Assembly: GCA_021371955.1 (NCBI GenBank)
Contig: JAJFVD010000014.1
Location: forward strand, 20,538 to 84,537
Direction of reading: 5' to 3'
DNA length: 64,000 bases
Origin: Bacteroidales bacterium
GTDB lineage: Bacteria; Bacteroidota; Bacteroidia; Bacteroidales; UBA932
Under the pieces are notes generated by a model, which saw only the letters and a program-made list of their open reading frames with translations, did no database searches and had not been told where the DNA came from. A program made the position numbers and the translations under genes. Each line of letters opens with the position of its first letter. The stretch's first letter is position 1. Positions 27,766 to 37,193 of this stretch are shown piece by piece.

Positions 27766-29565
27766 ATGAGCAATTTAGATTATGGTGTAATAGGAAATTG
27801 TCAGAGTGCTGCTCTTATTTCAAAAAGTGGAAGCATAGATTGGCTATGCTTTCCTAAGTTTGATTCACCCTCTGTTTTTGCAAAAATTCTGGATAACAAG
27901 AAGGGTGGGTCATTTGGATTTGAGGTAAAGGAAAATTATCAGATACATCAATCCTATTTTCGTGATACAAACATACTTAGCACAAGATTCTCTTCTCCTG
28001 AAGGTGTCTTCGAGGTGTTTGACTTTATGCCCAGATACAAAATCGGCGAGGGAGCATCTGAATATTATTTGCCCGCAGAACTCTACCGATATATAAGATA
28101 TGTTAGCGGAAGTCCAAAATTTGAAATTGTATACGAGCCTGCTTTTGATTATGCCCGGGAAGTTGTAAAAAGCACGATTGAGGACGGGTTTATACTATCG
28201 GAGTCTTCTTCCGAAGAAGGTATTTCTGCGTATCTCTACTCGGACTTATCACTAGATTTCATACTCAATAAAAAGGAGATATCTCTTGAAAAAGATTCTT
28301 TTTTGCTTTTTTCATACAATCAAAAATTAATTAACATAGATATTGAAAGAGTATATCTTGAATACTCCAGAACAAAAGTATACTGGCTCAACTGGGTTAA
28401 CCGCTCCAAGAAATACGACAGATACAACAAAGAACTCACTCGCAGTCTTTTAGTTCTTAAATTAATGTCCTTTCAGCCCTCCGGTGCAGTGCTTGCAGCG
28501 GTAACCACCAGCATCCCGGAATCAATCGGGGATGTCCGAAACTGGGACTACCGTTTTTGTTGGCTTAGGGATGCCTCAATGCTCATCGAAACTCTCATAT
28601 CTATGGGGCATGAAGGGGCAGCCAAACTCTATATTGGATTCATCAAAAGGATTTTGAAGAATAAAAAAGACCGATTCCAGATAATGTATGGTATTAACGG
28701 CGAAAGAAAACTTAAAGAGGAAGAGTTGCAGCACCTTGAAGGATTTAAAGGGAGCAGCCCTGTACGTATCGGAAATGCAGCTTATAATCAGAAACAAAAC
28801 GATTCTCTTGGCTACCTGATGGATGTTATTTATCAGCATTATGTTTATTTTCCGGGTACCCTTGCAGAAATTGAAGATATGTGGGAGTTAGTAAAAACAA
28901 TCACAAGTATTGCCTATAGCGAATGGAGCAAACCAGATCACGGGATTTGGGAGTTTCGCGACAGGAAGCAGAATTTTGTGTTTTCTAAAGTTATGTGTTG
29001 GGTTACTCTGGACCGGGCAGTTAAAATTGCCGAATATCTTAATATGCAATCTTTTGCCAAAAGCTGGCGAGTAGAGGCAAATATAATTCGCGAAGAAGTT
29101 CTTGAGAAGGGATGGAAGGAGAGCATTGGCTGTTTTTCTCAGGCATATGAGAATCTTGACTATGATGCGTCTGTTCTGTTACTCGAATCCTATGGTTTTA
29201 TTGATGCGACAGACGAGAGATATATAAGTACGGTAAAAGCAATAAAAGCAAATTTGACGAAGAATGGCCTTATGTTCAGATACAAAAGCAAAGATGACTT
29301 CGGGAAACCTAAATCTGCATTCACTATCTGTTCTTTTTGGCTGATTCGGGCTCTGTTTGTGATTGGTGAGCGCGAGGAAGCGGAGATACTTTTTGGAGAG
29401 ATTCTTAAATATTCCAACCATCTTGGTCTATATAGCGAAGACTTGGATTTTGAAACAAAGGCACAGCTGGGAAATTTCCCTCAGGCATATTCGCATCTCG
29501 CATTGATTAATACAATTAAACTCTTTTCATCCGAGAAGAATCAGTCCAGCTTTATCCGGCCTTAA
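27766..29565 (+). CDS. Glycoside hydrolase family 15 (trehalase/glucoamylase-like)
   Basis: RNWDYRFCWLRDA, GIWEFR, GLYSED, LGNFPQAYSHLALIN. Confidence 0.9.
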   Translation: MSNLDYGVIGNCQSAALISKSGSIDWLCFPKFDSPSVFAKILDNKKGGSFGFEVKENYQIHQSYFRDTNILSTRFSSPEGVFEVFDFMPRYKIGEGASEYYLPAELYRYIRYVSGSPKFEIVYEPAFDYAREVVKSTIEDGFILSESSSEEGISAYLYSDLSLDFILNKKEISLEKDSFLLFSYNQKLINIDIERVYLEYSRTKVYWLNWVNRSKKYDRYNKELTRSLLVLKLMSFQPSGAVLAAVTTSIPESIGDVRNWDYRFCWLRDASMLIETLISMGHEGAAKLYIGFIKRILKNKKDRFQIMYGINGERKLKEEELQHLEGFKGSSPVRIGNAAYNQKQNDSLGYLMDVIYQHYVYFPGTLAEIEDMWELVKTITSIAYSEWSKPDHGIWEFRDRKQNFVFSKVMCWVTLDRAVKIAEYLNMQSFAKSWRVEANIIREEVLEKGWKESIGCFSQAYENLDYDASVLLLESYGFIDATDERYISTVKAIKANLTKNGLMFRYKSKDDFGKPKSAFTICSFWLIRALFVIGEREEAEILFGEILKYSNHLGLYSEDLDFETKAQLGNFPQAYSHLALINTIKLFSSEKNQSSFIRP

Positions 29566-29578
29566 TTATTCATGGGTT

Positions 29579-31744
29579 TTAACCGATAAGCTTATTAAGA
29601 AGCATTATTGCATCTGGTTGATTGCTCAAATTATAATTTGCCGATTCGGAAACATTTCCGATTTTTATTGAAACTGAATTTGGAGGAAGTGCATTAAACA
29701 TGTCTTCATCTGTTGTGTCATCTCCAATTGCCAGAATGAAATCATAGGTAGATTTACTTAGCAGCCTTTTGACCTCCGACCCTTTTGAACAATCGGCATA
29801 TTTGACTTCTATTATTTTACTCCCTCTCATAATGTGCAAATTATGACGCATACAAGGAGCCAGCAATGTATTTACCAATTGCTGTGTTCTTATAGATGCC
29901 AGCCATGGGTCAACTCTTCTGAAATGCCATACCAGCGCAGTCTGTTTCACCTCAAGCTGTGAACGGGGGGTTTTGTCTGTGACTTTCTGAAAAATTTTCA
30001 TTATTTCCTCATTCCATTCCACATTATGAACATTCTCATACCATATCCCATCCTCTTTATAAAATGCTCCGTGCTCCGCAGCAAGGCCAATATTCAGCTT
30101 CCCAAACCAATCATTTAAAACAGAATGATCCCTTCCGCTGCTTATTACAACTTTGTTCTTCTTGTCTTGCGAAAACCGGCTTAGTAAATTAATCAAGTCT
30201 TCGTCTGGAAAAGCATCTTCCGGTCTGGACTTGAAACCTACAAGTGTCCCGTCATAATCAAGCAGCAAAAGTCTGTTCTTTGCTTTTTTGTATTTATCCT
30301 TAATACTTTTTATCTTAACTAAATCCAGTAGCTTATCGTTCCCTAGGTTGTTGCTTAAGTTAATTCTGGTAAGCTCTTCAATAAAATCGCCGGCCCACTT
30401 TTGAACTGTCTGCTTTGAAATAATTGCCTGCATTCTCTTTAGCCGTTTTAACTGCTCATTTACAGGCATCTCCAAAGCCTCAATAAGTGCTCCCTCTATC
30501 TCAATAACACTATTCGGATTTATGATAATTGAGTCCATCAACTCAATTGAAGCGCCAGCCATCTCACTTAATATAAGAACACCGGGATTATCCCTCTTGG
30601 CTGCAACATACTCCTTTGCGACCAGATTCATGCCGTCTCTTAGAGGAGTAACCAAAGCAATATCTGCCAGATGATATAATGCAACAAGCTCTTCTAATTC
30701 GAAGCTTTTATACATATAATTAACCGGAGTCCAGTCTATCCTGGAAAATTGCCCGTTAATGCCACCAATCATTTCATCTACTTTTGCCTTTAGTTCGGAA
30801 TAACTTGACACAGTATCTCGGGAAGGGACAAGAATCATGGTAAGGGAAACATTTCCATGATACTTCGGGTTGTTTTTTAAAAATAATTCAAATCCCTTAA
30901 GCCTGTTTAAAATTCCTTTACTGTAATCCAGTCTGTCTACGGAAAGGATGAGTTTTATTGTTCCGAAAAGATCTCTGTATCCCTCAACAAGTCGCTGAAC
31001 TTTAGGGTCTAAAACTGCATTGTTGAATTTATTATAGTTTATGCCCATTGGAAAAGTATCAATGTGGACTCTCCTTTTGTCGAAATTGACAACATCCAAA
31101 TTAAAATCAAGCTCAAGACCTCTTTCACATGCACTTATAAAGTGACGCATATAGTCGTGAGTGTGAAATCCGATAAGGTCACACCCAAGCAAACCCTTTA
31201 AAAGATCTGCCCTTTCGCGGAGAACCCGAAAAAGTTCATATGATGGGAATGGGATATGATGAAAATACCCGATGGCAATATCTTTCTTCTCTTGTCTTAT
31301 CATGCTGGGAAGGAGCATCAGATGATAGTCCTGCACCCAGACGATGTCGCCTTTTCTTATTATTTTAAGAGCCTCTTTACAAAAGAGTTCGTTTACTTCT
31401 TTATAAGCTGTCCAATAACTTTCTTCGTGTTTTATCAAAGTATAGAAGTAATGACAGAGGGGCCATAATTTACTGTTGCAATAGCCGTCATAATACTCTT
31501 TAATTTGTTTCTTGCTTAAGAATACCGGGTGATATTTGTACCTTTTGAAAATATTGGTAATTAATTGCCTGTCCTTTTCATATTTAACATCAATTCCCGG
31601 CCAGCCTATCCATATTTTTTCAATATTTGAGTCCAGAGATTCCAACCCGGTAGCAACGCCTCCTTCGCTTTTGGTGAAGCTGTAGCTGTCGTTGTTTCTT
31701 TGTACTTTTATTGGCAGTCTGTTTGATATAATAATAAGTCTCAT
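29579..31744 (-). CDS. Bifunctional trehalose-6-phosphate synthase/phosphatase (OtsA-OtsB fusion)
   Basis: ISNRLP, WIGWPG, HIPFP, DGMNLVAKEY, DYDGTL, GDDTTDED; start trimmed to ATG 31744. Confidence 0.93.
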   Translation of the reverse strand: MRLIIISNRLPIKVQRNNDSYSFTKSEGGVATGLESLDSNIEKIWIGWPGIDVKYEKDRQLITNIFKRYKYHPVFLSKKQIKEYYDGYCNSKLWPLCHYFYTLIKHEESYWTAYKEVNELFCKEALKIIRKGDIVWVQDYHLMLLPSMIRQEKKDIAIGYFHHIPFPSYELFRVLRERADLLKGLLGCDLIGFHTHDYMRHFISACERGLELDFNLDVVNFDKRRVHIDTFPMGINYNKFNNAVLDPKVQRLVEGYRDLFGTIKLILSVDRLDYSKGILNRLKGFELFLKNNPKYHGNVSLTMILVPSRDTVSSYSELKAKVDEMIGGINGQFSRIDWTPVNYMYKSFELEELVALYHLADIALVTPLRDGMNLVAKEYVAAKRDNPGVLILSEMAGASIELMDSIIINPNSVIEIEGALIEALEMPVNEQLKRLKRMQAIISKQTVQKWAGDFIEELTRINLSNNLGNDKLLDLVKIKSIKDKYKKAKNRLLLLDYDGTLVGFKSRPEDAFPDEDLINLLSRFSQDKKNKVVISSGRDHSVLNDWFGKLNIGLAAEHGAFYKEDGIWYENVHNVEWNEEIMKIFQKVTDKTPRSQLEVKQTALVWHFRRVDPWLASIRTQQLVNTLLAPCMRHNLHIMRGSKIIEVKYADCSKGSEVKRLLSKSTYDFILAIGDDTTDEDMFNALPPNSVSIKIGNVSESANYNLSNQPDAIMLLNKLIG

Positions 31745-31851
31745 AATTCGGAAGGCAGGTGATATCTGCAATATAACAAAAAAAATACTTTTTGGGGTAG
31801 TAATCTATGGATTGTTTGTGCAGCACGGGACAAAAGTGGGAGTGTTTTTCC

Positions 31852-31859
31852 TATATTTG
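31852..31859 (+). promoter_or_regulatory. Bacteroidota -7 promoter box
   Basis: TATATTTG just upstream of ATG 31877. Confidence 0.55.
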
Positions 31860-31876
31860 CAAAAACATAAACATCT

Positions 31877-32653
31877 ATGGCAAAATACGGTACAATAATA
31901 TGGGTGGGCATTCTGGCGGCTGTTGCTGCTTTTCTTATAGTGCCTGATACCAACGAAATGTTTAAACAGGCAACCGGTGCACACCCCTATCTTATGGGAT
32001 TCGTCAAGTTTGCACTGCTCTCAATTATGGGTGAGTTTCTTGCAAACAGGCTGGTTCACAAAAAATGGGTGAAGGTTAAAGGATTGTTGCCAAAGATGTT
32101 TGTATGGGGTGTTCTGGGTATGATGATTGTTCTCATGTTTTCCCTCTATACTCAGGGTGTTCACGGTGCAATTGCAAAGGGTCTTCTATGGGCCGGCAGC
32201 TCTGCGAACGATGGAATAAGTGCCAATGGAATACTTAGCATCGGCTCTCAAAATATCAGCATTGCAATTGGAGCGGAGCCCTCGTTCTGGAGCAGACTCC
32301 TTACTGCGTTTTATATATCAGCAATAATGAACCTCACCTTCGGAGCAGTATTTATGGCAGCACACCGGGTTACCGATACTTATATCGATTCTGTTTATGA
32401 CCGTAGCGGATTTGGCGGAAATTCCGCTGAAAACCGCAAGCCAACAATAGCAGGAGTAATCTCAACAATAGACTGGCCGGGCTTTCTCAAATTCGTAGTT
32501 GGCAAGACCATACCGCTCTTCTGGATACCAGCGCACACAATTACTTTCATGCTCCCCGACCAATACAAAGTGCTTTTTGCTGCATCCCTTTCAATTGTTT
32601 TAGGGCTGATACTTTCGTATGCTAAACTGAGCAATCAAAAAGTAAATTCGTAA
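31877..32653 (+). CDS. Mpv17/PMP22-family membrane protein
   Basis: MNLTFG.VFMAAHRVTD and KTIPLFWIPAHTITF patterns. Confidence 0.7.
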   Translation: MAKYGTIIWVGILAAVAAFLIVPDTNEMFKQATGAHPYLMGFVKFALLSIMGEFLANRLVHKKWVKVKGLLPKMFVWGVLGMMIVLMFSLYTQGVHGAIAKGLLWAGSSANDGISANGILSIGSQNISIAIGAEPSFWSRLLTAFYISAIMNLTFGAVFMAAHRVTDTYIDSVYDRSGFGGNSAENRKPTIAGVISTIDWPGFLKFVVGKTIPLFWIPAHTITFMLPDQYKVLFAASLSIVLGLILSYAKLSNQKVNS

Positions 32654-32722
32654 ACACCTATATAATAAGCAGAACAGGGCATCTGGAGGCGAATTGAAAA
32701 TCCTAACGCATAAACATAGCAT

Positions 32723-32803
32723 TGCCACCTAATTGTTGAGGACGATTCGGCCGGACGCAGCGAAGCGTAGGAGGACGCACAAGCCCTCAACAATTAGGTG
32801 GCA
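32723..32803. repeat. 81-bp element with perfect 19-bp terminal inverted repeats
   Basis: TGCCACCTAATTGTTGAGG ... CCTCAACAATTAGGTGGCA around a 43-nt GC-rich core. Confidence 0.8.
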
Positions 32804-32848
32804 GTGTATAGATGTCAGAGATAAAAACTCAATTCGACGCCGGAGACA

Positions 32849-33628
32849 TTACTTCTTCTTAGCCTCTTCCACAAGATGTTTGAAAATACCAAGAAACGTA
32901 TCAATGCCATTTGATGTGAAAACTTCCGGATGGAACTGAACTCCAAATACTCTTGTGCTTCCGATTTTCTCAATAGCTTCAACAACACCGTCTTTTGACC
33001 TTGCTGTAACACGGAATCCCGGAGCAATGTCCTTTACACCCTGATGGTGAAAAGTATTTACAACCACTGTGTCCAGATTGATTTGCTTATTGAGCAGCGA
33101 GCCTTTTTCGATTTGAATTGAATGGGTTCCGTACCAGCCCGGTGCTTTTTGACTGTGTTTAATTGCATAGCCGTTAAGCTGAGAGGGAAGATCCTGATAA
33201 AGAGAGCCTCCGAACGCAACATTCATAAGTTGTTCCCCGCGGCAAATCCCAAGAACAGGAAGACCTTTGGCAACAGCCATTCTTATCAGCATTACATCAA
33301 AAGCGTCCCGTTTTGGAGCAATTTCTCCCTGTGCGGGAACAGGCTCTTCGCCAAACCATTTAAGCGGGTCCACATCCTCGCCTCCGGTCATTATTATACC
33401 ATCTACCCTTTCAAGCATTCCTGCTATAAGTTCCGGGTCTTCTGTAATTGGAAGTACTACCGGAACACCGCCTGCGCGGATAACAGAGTTCACATATGTA
33501 AGCTGTGTTGAAGTGTTTGTACCGTCACCCATGGTGGAAGAGATGCCAATTACGGGCTTTTTGCCGTTCTGGGCAAACACAGATGCTGCAATCAGAACGA
33601 AAACGAAAAGAGTGCAAAGTTTTTTCAT
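32849..33628 (-). CDS. Peptidase C26 / gamma-glutamyl-gamma-aminobutyrate hydrolase family, with signal peptide
   Basis: GGED, LGICRG, VNTFHHQ, GVQFHPE; MKKLCTLFVFVLIAASVFA signal. Confidence 0.88.
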   Translation of the reverse strand: MKKLCTLFVFVLIAASVFAQNGKKPVIGISSTMGDGTNTSTQLTYVNSVIRAGGVPVVLPITEDPELIAGMLERVDGIIMTGGEDVDPLKWFGEEPVPAQGEIAPKRDAFDVMLIRMAVAKGLPVLGICRGEQLMNVAFGGSLYQDLPSQLNGYAIKHSQKAPGWYGTHSIQIEKGSLLNKQINLDTVVVNTFHHQGVKDIAPGFRVTARSKDGVVEAIEKIGSTRVFGVQFHPEVFTSNGIDTFLGIFKHLVEEAKKK

Positions 33629-33643
33629 GATTTTTGTTTTTTG

Positions 33644-33749
33644 ATCCCTCGGTTTTCGTGTTAAAAGCCGGAGAATCATATAGTTAGTAAATATGTTGTT
33701 GTTTGATAAAGCATTGTTAATTAGCGAATTAACACGGAAACCGAGGGAT
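33644..33749. repeat. Inverted-arm element, copy 5 (variant arms)
   Basis: ATCCCTCGGTTTTCGTGTTAA ... TTAACACGGAAACCGAGGGAT (20/21 complementary); centres 33649/33744 (95). Confidence 0.75.
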
Positions 33750-35443
33750 TAAAGCCTATTCCACTTTCCGAAATTCTCGCCATATCCAAAGTTGATATCA
33801 ATGGATGTAGCAGGGGTTTTCCCGTCTCCGTTGAGTTCAAATGTAATAGGGAACCCGTGTCCGTCGCTGCGGAAAGTGTAATCATTCCCGTTTTTATGGA
33901 TCAGTTTGTGCTTCCACCCTTGTGGCCCAACGGTAATATACAAATCTTCCCCTTCAAGGGTAACTACTGCCTTTCCAAAAAGTTCCCCTTTGTCATAAAC
34001 ACCTGTCAGCAAAGCTTTATCCGGAGCCGGTTTAACAACAAGTTCCTTTTTCTGTTTGACTGCTTTTAATGCTCCCTCTTTTTCCGACTTCTTCCAGTTC
34101 TCAAAGTATTCTTTACTGTAATCCTTTGTAGGATAACCCTTATACAAATCAATCAGCCTCCGCATCAATGCATATCTCGGACTGTCCGGAGCCTCTGAGT
34201 TTACAAGGACAACGAGTCCAAGGTTAAGTTCGGGAACGAAAGCGGCTAATGTTGTAAAGCCCCAGGTTGTGCCTGTGTGGAAATACAATCTGTATCGGCT
34301 GTTTTGCTCAATGAACCAGCACTGGCCGTATAGTGTCGTGCGGGTTGAGTCCTGCGAAGTTATTGTTTGTCCTCTGTGGAGGTAGTTCATGTTTTTACGG
34401 CTGATTACCTCTTTGCCGTTTACCTTACCTTTGTCCAGATGGAACTGAATATATTTTGCCATATCGGTGGCCGATGAAACAACTGAACCTGCCGGGCCAA
34501 CAACTGTGAGCCAGAAAGGAGCCTGCTCTTCGCCATACATTGCCTTGATGGAAAGCGAATCTGTCCATGTTGTGTCGTTAATTATTGCTCCTTTTTCATA
34601 GTTTAGTTCGTGAGGAACCGATACATTTTTTGCAGCAAGGAAGCCGTCGCCGTTAAGTGTGCTGTTAACCATTCCCAGAGGCATAAAAACTCTCTCCCTC
34701 ACATTGTCTTCCCAGCTTTTGCCGGTAAGCTTTTCAATAATCTTCTGAGCAATTATGAATGTAATATTGTTGTATTCGTATGCTCCGCGGAAACTGTATC
34801 CCGGTTTTAGAAGCGGAAACATTTTGTACACATCGTCCCTTGAGTAGCCAAGATTGGGGATGTATGTTCCCTGCTGGCCCTTAATGCCGGTGCGGTGAAT
34901 CATGATATCCTTAACCTGAATGTTCTCCTCTACCCACTTGTCATAAAGCTTAAAATCAGGAAGAATATTCTTGACGGTGTCGTCCCATTTGATTTTACCT
35001 TCGTCAACCAAAGATGCCATTACTGCTGCGGTAAACGATTTGGAAACCGACCCAATCTGGAAAACTGTATTTTCATCTACAGGCAATTTGCCATTGATGT
35101 CCTTCACACCAAAACCCTTTGCGAATACAAGTTTCCCATCTTTCATAACAGAAACTGCCATTCCTGGAATCATCCACTCTTTTTGCACCTTGCCCACATA
35201 GGATTCAAATTCCTTTATGATTTGTTCATTGGTTAGTGCTGCAACTGCCGGCGGGGCAACGGGAAGCGCAGGTTTCGCTACAGGTTTTGCCGCAACCGGT
35301 TTTTTGACAGTTTGGGTAACAGTTTGTTTAACCGGACTTTTAGCGGTCTGCGGATTAGTATTTGTTTGCGCAGATAAATTGGTAGAAATTGACAGTACAA
35401 AAGCGAGTGTCAGAGATGAAATTAAAATCAGAGGGGTTTTCAT
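33749..35443 (-). CDS. Beta-lactamase-family serine hydrolase with C-terminal extension
   Basis: SxxK (SVSK), YxN (YNN), HTG; signal peptide and Pro/Ala/Lys linker. Confidence 0.88.
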   Translation of the reverse strand: MKTPLILISSLTLAFVLSISTNLSAQTNTNPQTAKSPVKQTVTQTVKKPVAAKPVAKPALPVAPPAVAALTNEQIIKEFESYVGKVQKEWMIPGMAVSVMKDGKLVFAKGFGVKDINGKLPVDENTVFQIGSVSKSFTAAVMASLVDEGKIKWDDTVKNILPDFKLYDKWVEENIQVKDIMIHRTGIKGQQGTYIPNLGYSRDDVYKMFPLLKPGYSFRGAYEYNNITFIIAQKIIEKLTGKSWEDNVRERVFMPLGMVNSTLNGDGFLAAKNVSVPHELNYEKGAIINDTTWTDSLSIKAMYGEEQAPFWLTVVGPAGSVVSSATDMAKYIQFHLDKGKVNGKEVISRKNMNYLHRGQTITSQDSTRTTLYGQCWFIEQNSRYRLYFHTGTTWGFTTLAAFVPELNLGLVVLVNSEAPDSPRYALMRRLIDLYKGYPTKDYSKEYFENWKKSEKEGALKAVKQKKELVVKPAPDKALLTGVYDKGELFGKAVVTLEGEDLYITVGPQGWKHKLIHKNGNDYTFRSDGHGFPITFELNGDGKTPATSIDINFGYGENFGKWNRL

Positions 35444-35546
35444 ATTTAATTATATCAGGTTTTCTTTCTTAAAATGCAGCAGGCATTGCACGCACGCAAC
35501 ACAAAGATAATTATATTTGTAAAGTAATAATCAATTTCAGAAGGGT

Positions 35547-36965
35547 ATGGCTAAGGTAAAAAAGGGGTGGTTCTGCACATCGTGTGGCAACGAAAGTGCA
35601 AAGTGGCTGGGCAGATGTCCCGCCTGTGGAGAGTGGAATACTATGCAAGAGGAGATTATAACAAAAGACGCCTCTTCCGGCGGAGCGAGAGGGTCCGGAT
35701 TTTTTTCTTCCCGTACGTCAAAACCCGAACCTCTATCGGCAATAAAATTTTCCGAAGAGGAGCGTATTTCCCTTGGAAATGCAGAGCTTGACAGGATTCT
35801 TGGCGGCGGACTGGTGGAGGGTTCTGTTATTCTCATTGGCGGAGAACCCGGAATTGGAAAGTCTACTCTATCTCTTCAGATACCTCTTCACTGCCCCAAT
35901 CTTAAAACTCTTTATGTTTCGGGAGAGGAGAGCGCAAGGCAGATAAAACTCCGCGCACAAAGGCTTGGCGGCGACGATTCCAATTGCCTTATCCTAAGCG
36001 AAACACTGCTGGAAAACATTCTTAATCAGGCAAAGGAAACCGACCCCCAGCTTATTATAATTGACTCAATTCAAACAGTATATTCCCAGATTCTCGAAAG
36101 TTCCCCGGGTTCTGTAACCCAGGTGCGCGAATGTGCCGCAATGCTCATGAAATATGCAAAGGAGACTAATACTCCCACTATTCTCATCGGCCACATTACA
36201 AAAGACGGAAGCATAGCGGGGCCAAAGGTTCTGGAACACATAGTTGACGTTGTTCTTCAGTTTGAAGGGGATACACGGCATTCATACAGAATTCTGCGAA
36301 GTATAAAAAACAGGTTTGGGTCAACTGCCGAACTGGCCATCTTTGAGATGATAAATACCGGGCTTCGCGAAGTGAGTAACCCTTCCGAAATGCTCATCCC
36401 CATGCACGGAGAGAATCTTTCCGGGATTGCAGTTGCTGCCATGCTGGACGGAACACGGCCGTTCCTTATCGAGACTCAGGCTCTGGTGAGCACAGCCGCA
36501 TACGGAACTCCTCAGCGTTCGGCCACCGGCTTCGATGTAAGGCGCACAAACATGTTGCTTGCCGTTCTTGAAAAGAGGGCCGGATTCAAACTTTCTGTAA
36601 AAGATGTTTTTCTGAATATGGCCGGTGGCCTCAAAGTAACCGACCCTGCCTGCGACCTGGCGGTTGTATGCTCAATTCTCTCTTCCAACTTCGATGCGCC
36701 AATTTCGCAGCGATATTGCTTTGCCGCAGAGGTTGGGCTTAGCGGTGAAATTCGTCCCGTGAGTCAGGTTGAGCGGCGGATTGCCGAGGCCGAGAAACTT
36801 GGATTCGAAAAAATCTTCATCTCCTCTTTTGGCAAGCCAAACGGCTCTTCCACCAACGCTTCCCTGAGCTCTGCAAAGAATGCATCAGCAGCAAAACTTA
36901 AAAACAAAATTGAAGTAGTGGCCGTTCAGGACATCCCCGAACTTGTGAGAAAACTGTTCAAGTAA
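35547..36965 (+). CDS. radA: DNA repair protein RadA/Sms
   Basis: C4 zinc finger, GEPGIGKST, KNRFG, Lon-like C-terminal domain. Confidence 0.96.
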   Translation: MAKVKKGWFCTSCGNESAKWLGRCPACGEWNTMQEEIITKDASSGGARGSGFFSSRTSKPEPLSAIKFSEEERISLGNAELDRILGGGLVEGSVILIGGEPGIGKSTLSLQIPLHCPNLKTLYVSGEESARQIKLRAQRLGGDDSNCLILSETLLENILNQAKETDPQLIIIDSIQTVYSQILESSPGSVTQVRECAAMLMKYAKETNTPTILIGHITKDGSIAGPKVLEHIVDVVLQFEGDTRHSYRILRSIKNRFGSTAELAIFEMINTGLREVSNPSEMLIPMHGENLSGIAVAAMLDGTRPFLIETQALVSTAAYGTPQRSATGFDVRRTNMLLAVLEKRAGFKLSVKDVFLNMAGGLKVTDPACDLAVVCSILSSNFDAPISQRYCFAAEVGLSGEIRPVSQVERRIAEAEKLGFEKIFISSFGKPNGSSTNASLSSAKNASAAKLKNKIEVVAVQDIPELVRKLFK

Positions 36966-37037
36966 AATCTTCGCGGAAGTTTTTCACCTCCACGGTCACG
37001 TGTGGAGTCAGCTGTTCACCTCTTGGGCCAACCATTC

Positions 37038-37142
37038 ACCCCTGGGGTCATTTGGTACAGCACACAAAATCAACAACTTACTTAAAAAGCACTTTTTCGT
37101 AAACGGCTAATATATAGGTATTTGCCAAATGACCCCTGGGGT
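37038..37142. repeat. Inverted-arm element, copy 6
   Basis: ACCCCTGGGGTCATTTGGTA ... TGCCAAATGACCCCTGGGGT; centres 37043/37137 (94). Confidence 0.9.
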
Positions 37143-37193
37143 GCTCGGGGCCGGGGCTGGTGCTGCGGGTGGGTGCTGCGGATGGGAGGAGCA

